DNA from: Acidobacteriota bacterium
GTDB lineage: Bacteria; Acidobacteriota; UBA4820; DSQY01
DNA length: 14,227 bases
Direction of reading: 5' to 3'
Assembly (NCBI GenBank): GCA_049967655.1
Contig: JBMFSH010000053.1
Coordinates: forward strand, 1-14,227
In this document: piece by piece, positions 1 to 6,720 of the stretch
How positions within the stretch are numbered: position 1 is the first letter of the stretch
Layout of the letters: the number at the start of each line of letters is the position of its first letter
Translations under genes and position numbers: made by a program
The notes under the pieces: model-generated
Told to the model about the DNA's origin: nothing
What the model saw: the letters and a program-made list of their open reading frames with translations, nothing else
Databases searched by the model: none

Positions 1-169
1 CCCAGCCTCATCGAATACGAACCGTCCCCCCACCCTCCACGGGAGCGCCGGCGGCGACGGACCTCCTGCCGCGTCAGGTTTCGGCGCCCACATCCTCAGC
101 GTACAGGGAGTACGCTTGCGGTGTGGTCGCCTCACCTTCCTTACATGAGGCCCATCGGCGCCGGAACGC

Positions 170-194
170 CGCTTTTCGCTTGCAGCGAAAAGCG
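170..194. repeat. Perfect 11-bp inverted repeat with 3-nt spacer (candidate operator or hairpin)
   Basis: CGCTTTTCGCT (170-180) + TGC + AGCGAAAAGCG (184-194); the arms are exact reverse complements. Lies about 80 nt upstream of a candidate -10 box. Confidence 0.6.
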
Positions 195-269
195 AAGCCA
201 ACTGCGCAAGCGCATGCTAAAGTTGTTTCGGACAGGAATGCAAAGAGCAATGCCTGAGGGGGCCCGTCG

Positions 270-278
270 TGCTATATT
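270..278 (+). promoter_or_regulatory. Candidate extended -10 promoter for the PHP/radical SAM genes
   Basis: TG-c-TATATT (270-278), an AT-rich patch in GC-rich DNA. The -35 position (ATGCCT, 250-255) is a poor match, so this would be an extended -10 type. Confidence 0.4.
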
Positions 279-447
279 AGGCGGAATTGGACGGAGGCCG
301 GCGAGAGGGCGGCTTCCGTGCTCTCCGGCCGGGCCGGAGGTCCGTGAGGGGTCTGAATGGCGCCATGGCGCAGTTCCCTGGAACGCGGTGAGAGCGGTCT
401 TTGCCGAGAGCCGGGCCAACCCGGCGGCGCTGGAGTGCCGATCGATC

Positions 448-1407
448 ATGAGTGAGGCCCCCCCTGTTCGAGCCGACCTGCACGTGCACACCCGCTACTC
501 GGGCTGGAGGCACCTGCGGTTCATTCATCCCCGCGACTGCTACAGCGAGCCCAAGGCCGTCTACGACGCCGCCCTCGCGCGGGGCATGCGCTTCGTGGCG
601 ATCACCGACCACGACGCGGTGGAGGGGGCCCTGCGTCTCCTCGACGAGCCCGGCGTGGACCCCCGGCGGGTCATCGCGGGCGAAGAGGTGGAGACCCTCT
701 TCCCCGAGACGGGGCAGTGGGTCCACGTGAACGTCCTGGGCATCACCGAGGAGGACCACCGGCGGCTTCAGGCGCTCAAGGCCGACGTCCGGGACGTGGC
801 GGCCTACTGCCGCGAGCGCGGCCTCCTGTACGTGCTGAACCATCCCTTCCAGTCCTACCTGGGTCAGAAGCCCCTGGAGGCCTACATCGAGGATCTGCTG
901 GGCCTCTTCAGCCACGTGGAGGGGCTCAACGGCGGCGTCCCCGAGCTGCAGAACAGGGCCGTCACCGAGCTCTGCCGGGCCGCCGCGGCGCGGGGCATGG
1001 AGCTGACGCAGGCGGGCGGGTCGGACGCGCACCGGCTCGGCCGGGTGGGCGCGGCGTGGACGCAGGCGCGGGCCGAAACGGCACAGGAGTTCCTGCGTGA
1101 GGTGCGGGCGGGCCGCTGCAAGGTCGGGGGGCGCACGGCGGGCACCCTCGGTCTCCTCCGGGACGTCTACGCCGTGGTGGCCACCTACTACGGGCGCCTC
1201 TATTCGGGGCGCGGGGAGGCGCCCGGCGCGGCGGCCTACGCGCTGGACGCTGGCTTCGCCACCCTGAGCCTGCCCGCGGCCCTTCTCGGGCTGCCCGCCG
1301 CCATCGTCGTGGGCAGCCAGATCCGGCAGAAGGTGGTCTCCAGGCACGTGCTCGCCCGCCTCTCCGGGTTGGACTGGCCCAGGCTCCTGGCCGCGGCCGG
1401 CGCCTGA
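448..1407 (+). CDS. PHP-domain metal-dependent phosphoesterase with a C-terminal hydrophobic segment (319 aa)
   Basis: Canonical PHP motifs DLHVHTxYS, AITDHD, GEEV, NHPF, EGLNG and GGSDAH. ATG 448 lies just before the first motif; the 121-447 extension in the ORF track looks non-coding. C-terminal FATLSLPAALLGLPAAIVVG is hydrophobic. Confidence 0.85.
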   Translation: MSEAPPVRADLHVHTRYSGWRHLRFIHPRDCYSEPKAVYDAALARGMRFVAITDHDAVEGALRLLDEPGVDPRRVIAGEEVETLFPETGQWVHVNVLGITEEDHRRLQALKADVRDVAAYCRERGLLYVLNHPFQSYLGQKPLEAYIEDLLGLFSHVEGLNGGVPELQNRAVTELCRAAAARGMELTQAGGSDAHRLGRVGAAWTQARAETAQEFLREVRAGRCKVGGRTAGTLGLLRDVYAVVATYYGRLYSGRGEAPGAAAYALDAGFATLSLPAALLGLPAAIVVGSQIRQKVVSRHVLARLSGLDWPRLLAAAGA

Positions 1408-1530
1408 ACCGCTGGTGCCTTACTGTACCGTGGACCGAGACCGGCGAGGAGGGCGCGGAGAGGTTCCCCGAATGGTTCCCCCGAGGGTCCGGCCGGCCGA
1501 GTCCTTGAAGGCGAGAAACGAGGCGCGACG

Positions 1531-2796
1531 ATGAAGATGCAGCTCATCTACCCGAGCTGGCCGAAGCTGGAGCGACAGACGGAGTTCCACCTGCCGCCAC
1601 ACGGCCCCGTGGTCTTCGCCGCCGAGGTGCCCGAGGAGGTGGAGCTGAGCTTCACCGACGAAAACCTCCAAGAGGTGGACTACTCCGAGGGAGCGGACAT
1701 GGTGGCCCTCAGCGTCATGCTCACGAGCCAGCTCCCGCGCGCCTTCGCCATCGCGGACCGCTTCAGGGCACAGGGTGTGCCCGTGATTTTCGGCGGCATC
1801 GCCGTCATGCTCCACCCGGAGGAGGTGGCGCTCCACGCCGACTCGGTCTTCCTGGGCGAGGTGGAGGGGCGCTTCGCGGCGGTCGTGGAGGATTTCAGGG
1901 CGGGCCGGCTGAGGCCGCTCTACGACTACATGGACGATCCGCCGGACATCGCGCTGGTGGGCACGGCGCGCCGCTCCATTCTCAAGCGCGAGCTGTACAA
2001 CTACAGAGGCACGCAGATGCTGGACCTGGTCCACGCCTCGCGGGGGTGCAAGTTCAACTGCTTCCCCTGCTGCACGGGCTACCTCGGCGGCCGGCGATTC
2101 CGGCCGCGGCCCATCGACAGGGTCATCGAGGAGATGGAGTCCATCCCCAACAACCGGATGTTCGTCGTGGACAACTCCCTGGCGCAGGACCGGGCGTGGC
2201 TCGTGGATCTCTTCACGGCCATGGCGCCGCTCAAGAAGAAGTGGGTCTCCCATCCCATCCTGGACGACGACGAGATCCTGGACCTGGCGGCCAAGGCCGG
2301 GGCCTGGTACGTTTACCAGGCGGTCTTCGACACCTCGGACTTCATCCGCAACCGGATCCGGCGGCTCAAGGAGCACGGCATCGCGGTGGAGGGGACGATC
2401 ATCCTGGGGACGGACGAGCAGGACGAGGACTTCATCAAGCAGCTCGTGGACTTCCTCCTGGAGATCAAGCTGGACGTGGCGGAGTTCACGGTGATGACGC
2501 CCTTCCCGCACTCTCCGATCCGCGCGCGGATGGAATCGGAGGGCCGGATCCTCTGCAACGACTGGCGGCTCTACACCTGCGACAAGGTCGTCTTCAGGCC
2601 CAAGCGCATGAGCCCGGAGAAGCTTCGGGAGATGTACTTCTACGCGTGGGACACCTTCTACCAGGGCAGCGGCCACGCGCTCAAGATGGCCGACCTCTTC
2701 AAGACCGTGGTCCGGCGGGAGATCGAGGACGGGACCTACGGGCGCTATAGTCCCGACGGGTGCCGCGTCTTCCCCAAGGAGAAGGCTCCGGACTGA
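1531..2796 (+). CDS. Radical SAM protein with N-terminal cobalamin-binding-like domain (class B / YgiQ-like), 421 aa
   Basis: N-terminal DEN...ADMVALSVM...PVIFGG...PEE...ADSVFLGEVE pattern typical of B12-binding radical SAM proteins. SRGCKFNCFPC is a CxxxCxxC motif. Also RPRPIDRVIEE, FVVDN and TPFPHSP. Strongly GC3-biased codons. Confidence 0.85.
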   Translation: MKMQLIYPSWPKLERQTEFHLPPHGPVVFAAEVPEEVELSFTDENLQEVDYSEGADMVALSVMLTSQLPRAFAIADRFRAQGVPVIFGGIAVMLHPEEVALHADSVFLGEVEGRFAAVVEDFRAGRLRPLYDYMDDPPDIALVGTARRSILKRELYNYRGTQMLDLVHASRGCKFNCFPCCTGYLGGRRFRPRPIDRVIEEMESIPNNRMFVVDNSLAQDRAWLVDLFTAMAPLKKKWVSHPILDDDEILDLAAKAGAWYVYQAVFDTSDFIRNRIRRLKEHGIAVEGTIILGTDEQDEDFIKQLVDFLLEIKLDVAEFTVMTPFPHSPIRARMESEGRILCNDWRLYTCDKVVFRPKRMSPEKLREMYFYAWDTFYQGSGHALKMADLFKTVVRREIEDGTYGRYSPDGCRVFPKEKAPD

Positions 2797-2804
2797 AGGG
2801 ACGG

Positions 2805-3074
2805 ATGCCCCAACATGAGCCATGCGAACAGGTTGCCTGGAGACACGGAGTGCAGGGAGAGAGGCTGGATGGGAGATGCAAGGGGAATTCACGGGTGAAT
2901 GGTGCAGCCCTCCGTACAGCACCTGCTTCCAGCGGGCAAGGCCCCCTGGTTGCATCCCACGAACCGTCACTTTATATATTTTCCTCTGCGGTAGGGCTGA
3001 TCTTTCGCTTCACCACCTACCACGTCGGGAGGTGGTTCCGTTACCGCTTTTCGGGAGTCCTTGGGGCGAAGTGA
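2805..3074 (+). CDS. Possible small hypothetical protein (89 aa from ATG 2805, or 59 aa from GTG 2895)
   Basis: Open frame across the gap. The C-terminus LYIFSSAVGLIFRFTTYHVGRWFRYRF is hydrophobic, aromatic and basic. AAGGGG at 2880-2885 precedes GTG 2895. No recognised domain. Confidence 0.25.
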   Translation: MPQHEPCEQVAWRHGVQGERLDGRCKGNSRVNGAALRTAPASSGQGPLVASHEPSLYIFSSAVGLIFRFTTYHVGRWFRYRFSGVLGAK

Positions 3075-3126
3075 AGTCCTCCCAGGCGTGAGTCGAGTCT
3101 GTAGGGGGGGCAAAGGAGATGGCGCC

Positions 3127-4752
3127 ATGCAGAAGGTCGTGCTCAAGCCGTTCTTCGTGGGGGAGGCGGAGCAGATTCCCCTGGGGTTGCCGCGCCGGGT
3201 CGAATCACTTTGTCCGGAGTGTCGGCGGGTTATCAGCGGTGAACTCCTCGTGCGCGACGGTCGGGTCATCATGCAGAAAAGCTGCCCGCTCCATGGCTCC
3301 TTCGAAGAGGTCGTGGCGGGCAACGCCAACGTATTCGCTCACGTAGAGCGGTACGCTGTGGATGGCTCGGCCAAGCTTCAGAATACGCCCGTAGAGAAAG
3401 TGGGCATCTGCCCTACGGACTGCGGCCTCTGCCAGGGTCATCTCTCCAGTGCCAGCATGACCATCCTCGATTTAACCAACCGGTGTAACCTACGATGCCC
3501 CTATTGCTTCGCCAATGCGAACGTACAGCCCTACGTCTACGAACCCACTCTGGAGCAGATCCGCACCATGATGGACCGGGCCCTCGCCATAAGGCCCAAG
3601 CGCATGCAGGCGATCCAGTTCTCAGGCGGCGAGCCGACGCTCTCTCCGCATTTCTTGGATGCCTGCCGGTTGGCCAAGGAACGGGGCATCAAGATGATCC
3701 AGGCGGCCACCAACGGCATCCGCTTCGCGCAGGAGCCCGGCTTTGCCCAAAAGGCCGCCGAGGCCGGACTGAACGCCGCCTATCTGCAATTTGATGGGGT
3801 GAGCGACGATATTTATGAGATCACCAGGGGTGTCAAGGGCCTCTGGCCGCTCAAGCTCCAAGCCATCGAAGCGTTTCGGCGGGCCGGCATACGGGTGACC
3901 CTCGTGCCGACCGTGATCAAAGGAGTCAACGACCACCAGGTGGGGGATATCCTCCGGTTCGCTATCCGGAATCTTGACGCGATCGTCGGGGTGGCACCGC
4001 AACCCGTGTCCTTCACGGGGCGCGTGGATGAAGCCGCCAGGGTGGCGCAACGATATACATCGAGCGATCTAGCCGTGGATATCGAACGGCAGACGGGGCT
4101 TCTAGTCGCGGAGCGGGATTTTTTCCCCTTCTCCATCACGGCACTCTTCGGTCGGATCGTGGACAACGTCCTGGGCGAGGACGCCAATGGATTCCTCCCC
4201 ATGGTGTGCAATTCCCATCCGGATTGCGGTGTCTCCGCCTACCTGCTGGTCAATCAAGACACGGGTGTGAGCGTCCCCGTGAACGAGCTCTTCGACATCG
4301 ACAGCACCCTAAGACTCATTCAGGAACTGGGGGTCAAGAGCGCCGAGCACCCCTCTCGCCTCTACTCCACGGCTCAGTTTTTCTCAATCCTCCTGAAGAC
4401 CTTCCGGCCGGAACGGGCACCCGAGGGACTGAACATCGTCCAACTGGCCAAGACGATCGACGCCATTTCCGGCAAGCGCATCATGGGTATCGCTAAAAGG
4501 AGCCGCTACCCGTGGCGGTTGCTCCTGATCGCTTCGATGCACTTCATGGATGCCTATAATTTCCAGGTGGATCGGGTTAAACGATGCACCATCCACTACT
4601 CCGCTCCCGACGGCCGCATCTACCCCTTCTGCACCTACAACTCGGGCATGGTATTTCGGACAGGCGTAGAAGAGGCCTTCAGCGTGCCCAAGGAGGAGTG
4701 GTTGAAGAGCCGGGGCGGAAGGTACGTGACGGAAGGGTTCGTGGGGGAGTAG
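3127..4752 (+). CDS. tes: Radical SAM enzyme of the tetraether lipid synthase (Tes / GDGT-MAS, MJ0619) family, 541 aa
   Basis: AAGGAG RBS 8 nt before ATG 3127. Motifs in family order: SLCPEC...KSCPLHG (rubredoxin-like), CPTDCGLCQGH (N-terminal auxiliary cluster), DLTNRCNLRCPYCFANA (SAM cluster), IQFSGGEPT, ATNGI, YLQFDG, LVPTVIKGVND, QPVSFTGR, HPDCG, MHFMDAYNF, RCTIHY, DGRIYPFCTYN. Family assignment is strong; actual activity is inferred. Confidence 0.8.
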   Translation: MQKVVLKPFFVGEAEQIPLGLPRRVESLCPECRRVISGELLVRDGRVIMQKSCPLHGSFEEVVAGNANVFAHVERYAVDGSAKLQNTPVEKVGICPTDCGLCQGHLSSASMTILDLTNRCNLRCPYCFANANVQPYVYEPTLEQIRTMMDRALAIRPKRMQAIQFSGGEPTLSPHFLDACRLAKERGIKMIQAATNGIRFAQEPGFAQKAAEAGLNAAYLQFDGVSDDIYEITRGVKGLWPLKLQAIEAFRRAGIRVTLVPTVIKGVNDHQVGDILRFAIRNLDAIVGVAPQPVSFTGRVDEAARVAQRYTSSDLAVDIERQTGLLVAERDFFPFSITALFGRIVDNVLGEDANGFLPMVCNSHPDCGVSAYLLVNQDTGVSVPVNELFDIDSTLRLIQELGVKSAEHPSRLYSTAQFFSILLKTFRPERAPEGLNIVQLAKTIDAISGKRIMGIAKRSRYPWRLLLIASMHFMDAYNFQVDRVKRCTIHYSAPDGRIYPFCTYNSGMVFRTGVEEAFSVPKEEWLKSRGGRYVTEGFVGE

Positions 4753-4754
4753 CG

Positions 4755-4775
4755 GGGGACAGGGGACAAGGGACA
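4755..4775 (+). repeat. Three tandem 7-bp units (GGGGACA GGGGACA AGGGACA) directly after the tes stop
   Basis: Read directly at 4755-4761, 4762-4768 and 4769-4775. Confidence 0.6.
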
Positions 4776-4865
4776 GGAAAGGCCGACGGGCTCCTTTCGG
4801 CATCTCCTCATCACGACCAGCGTCGCCGCCTACCCCCACCCGGAATGAAGGGCCCCTAAACCGTG

Positions 4866-4894
4866 TTGACACCCTCCTGGCGGTATGCTAGGCT
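4866..4894 (+). promoter_or_regulatory. Sigma70-type promoter of the nuo operon
   Basis: Perfect -35 TTGACA (4866-4871), 17-nt spacer, -10 TAGGCT (4889-4894) with extended TG at 4886-4887; 60 nt upstream of the nuoA ATG. Confidence 0.8.
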
Positions 4895-4954
4895 CCTCGA
4901 CTGAGTTTCAGACTCGCGGGGGGTCTTCGGGACAAGTGAAGTCAGGGGGTGCAG

Positions 4955-5326
4955 ATGCTTCCCACTTACCTGCCCATTCTGATCATGATCGTGGTGGCCG
5001 CCGCCATGGCTGCCGGGCTCATGCTCGGTTCCTGGCTGCTGGGCAAGGTCCGGGGCTCCCGAACGGAGCTCATGCCCTATGAGTGCGGTCTGGACCCCAT
5101 GGACGAGCCCTTCAAGCGAGTGTCGGTGCGCTACTACGTCGTGGCGCTGCTCTTCCTGCTCTTCGACGTGGAGACGCTGTTCATGTTCCCGGTGGCCGCG
5201 GTCTTCCGCGACAAGATCCGCATGGGCTGGGGCCTCTTCGTCTACGGGGAGCTCCTGCTCTTCATGGCGATCCTCTTCATCGGGTACGTGTACGTTTGGA
5301 AGAAAGGGGCACTCCGATGGGAGTAA
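4955..5326 (+). CDS. nuoA: NADH-quinone oxidoreductase subunit A
   Basis: [20 protein letters not shown] and [10 protein letters not shown]; three hydrophobic segments. AGGGGG RBS favours ATG 4955 over GTG 4949. Confidence 0.96.
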   Translation: MLPTYLPILIMIVVAAAMAAGLMLGSWLLGKVRGSRTELMPYECGLDPMDEPFKRVSVRYYVVALLFLLFDVETLFMFPVAAVFRDKIRMGWGLFVYGELLLFMAILFIGYVYVWKKGALRWE

Positions 5327-5991
5327 AAACCCTCGATCAGCCGGACCAGGAACTGGACCGGCAGACCCGTGAAGACCTCCAGATGGTCAAAGGCGGGGTC
5401 ATCTTCGGGTCCCTTTCCAAGCTCGTGGACATGGCCCGGAAGAACAGCCTGTGGCCCATGCCTTTCGGCCTGAGCTGCTGCGCCATCGAGATGATGGCCA
5501 TGGTGGCCAGCCGGTACGACCTGGCCCGCTTCGGCGCCGAGGCCATGCGCTTCACCCCCCGCCAGTGCGACCTCATGATCGTGGCGGGCACCCTCACCAA
5601 GAAGATGGCCTACGCGGCCAAGCGCATCTACGACCAGATGCCCGAGCCCAAGTGGGTCATTGCCATGGGCGTCTGCACTACCACGGGCGGCATGTTCAAT
5701 GCCTACTCGGTGGTGCAGGGCATCGACCACATCGTCCCCGTGGACGTCTACGTGCCCGGCTGCCCGCCCAGGCCCGAGGCGGTGATCTACGCGGTGATGA
5801 AGATCCAGGACCAGGTCATGAAAGAGAAGTGGGCCCCGCTGGGCAAGCGCTCGCACCACGGGCACTACCGCGGACGGGACCCCAAGTACGGAGCGCTTCC
5901 GCTGCTGGACACGGGCGTCAAGGTGGAGGTCAAAGGCTATCCAGAGGAGCCCGGCTCTCCCACGTGGAGGAAGGGCTACTATACCGGTTGA
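5317..5991 (+). CDS. nuoB: NADH-quinone oxidoreductase subunit B (N2 cluster)
   Basis: [39 protein letters not shown] and [18 protein letters not shown] 5317 overlaps the end of nuoA. Confidence 0.96.
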   Translation: MGVKTLDQPDQELDRQTREDLQMVKGGVIFGSLSKLVDMARKNSLWPMPFGLSCCAIEMMAMVASRYDLARFGAEAMRFTPRQCDLMIVAGTLTKKMAYAAKRIYDQMPEPKWVIAMGVCTTTGGMFNAYSVVQGIDHIVPVDVYVPGCPPRPEAVIYAVMKIQDQVMKEKWAPLGKRSHHGHYRGRDPKYGALPLLDTGVKVEVKGYPEEPGSPTWRKGYYTG

Positions 5992-6091
5992 AGGGGCGGA
6001 TCGGCGGCGGTCCAGCACGGACGAGGCGAATCCGGGGGAGCAAGTTAGCCGTGCCCGAAATCGGGCCGAGCACCGAGGCGCAGAGGCAGCG

Positions 6092-6574
6092 ATGGCGGAC
6101 GTGATCCAGGCGGTCCAATCGAAGTTTCCCGGAGCGATCCTCGAGATCGTGGAGTACCAGGGCGAGCGCACCCTCGTGGTGCAGCCGGGACGGGTCAAGG
6201 CCGTGCTCGGCCACCTCAAGCAGGCCGAGGGATTCAACTTCCTCGCCGACATCAGCAGCGCTCACTGGCCCGAGGAGGGGCGCATCGACGTGGTCTACAT
6301 CGTGCGGAGCCTCAAGAGCCGGGAGCAGCTGCGCATCAGGACGCCCCTGCCCATCGAGGACCCCGCCGTCGAGACGGTCTGTGACCTCTGGGGCACCGCC
6401 GACTGGCTGGAGCGGGAGGTCTACGACCTCATGGGGGTGCAGTTCACGGGCCACCCCGACCTTCGCAGGATCATGCTGCCGGAGGATTTCGAGGGGCATC
6501 CCCTCCGCAAGGAATATCCCATGGAGGGCGACGACGAGTGGCGGAACTACCTCCCCCCCGAAAAAAGGGAATAG
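6092..6574 (+). CDS. nuoC: NADH-quinone oxidoreductase subunit C
   Basis: ADWLEREVYDLMGVQFTGHPDLRRIMLPEDFEGHPLRKEYP signature. Confidence 0.96.
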   Translation: MADVIQAVQSKFPGAILEIVEYQGERTLVVQPGRVKAVLGHLKQAEGFNFLADISSAHWPEEGRIDVVYIVRSLKSREQLRIRTPLPIEDPAVETVCDLWGTADWLEREVYDLMGVQFTGHPDLRRIMLPEDFEGHPLRKEYPMEGDDEWRNYLPPEKRE

Positions 6575-6697
6575 ATCACAGAGGCACGGAGACGCAGAGG
6601 AAGAATCAGGAGGGTGTGGCGGGTGACCCCCTTAGGCGTGAAATACCTGTTTTTCAATATGGAGGCTTTTTTCTCTGTGCCTCTGTGTCTCTGTGGT
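6575..6697. repeat. Hairpin element 1 (CACAGAGR subfamily) between nuoC and nuoD
   Basis: Left arm CACAGAGG CACGGAGA CGCAGAGG (6577-6600) pairs with right arm TCTCTGTG CCTCTGTG TCTCTGTG (6672-6695): 19 Watson-Crick, 4 G-U and 1 mismatch in 24 positions, extendable by several pairs on both sides. Confidence 0.85.
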
Positions 6698-6720
6698 GAA
6701 TCTCGCGTGGGGACCTTAGC

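Noticed and set aside
1..146. Start of a divergent minus-strand gene
   Set aside because: An open frame and SD-like sequences exist, but the fragment is too short and motif-free to support a call.
121..447. 109-aa N-terminal extension of the PHP ORF
   Set aside because: No domain character, contains promoter-like and palindromic sequence, and the PHP motifs begin right after ATG 448.
1405..1530. Selenocysteine or readthrough fusion of PHP and radical SAM (same frame, separated only by one TGA)
   Set aside because: The linker is low-complexity and GC-rich, the TGA is not at a catalytic Cys position, and I see no convincing SECIS hairpin.
3127..4752. Annotation as 7,8-dihydro-6-hydroxymethylpterin dimethyltransferase
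   Set aside because: This is the older name for the MJ0619 family, later shown to be the tetraether synthase; no methanopterin genes are nearby.
4777..4801. Intrinsic terminator after tes
   Set aside because: Only 5-6 bp alternative stems (GAAAGG/CCTTTC, GCCGA/TCGGC) and no U-tract.
6553..6600. Programmed -1 frameshift at C7/A6 runs at the end of nuoC, stimulated by the hairpin
   Set aside because: A_AAA_AAG is not in the nuoC reading phase, and the -1 frame stops at 6697-6699 without reaching nuoD.
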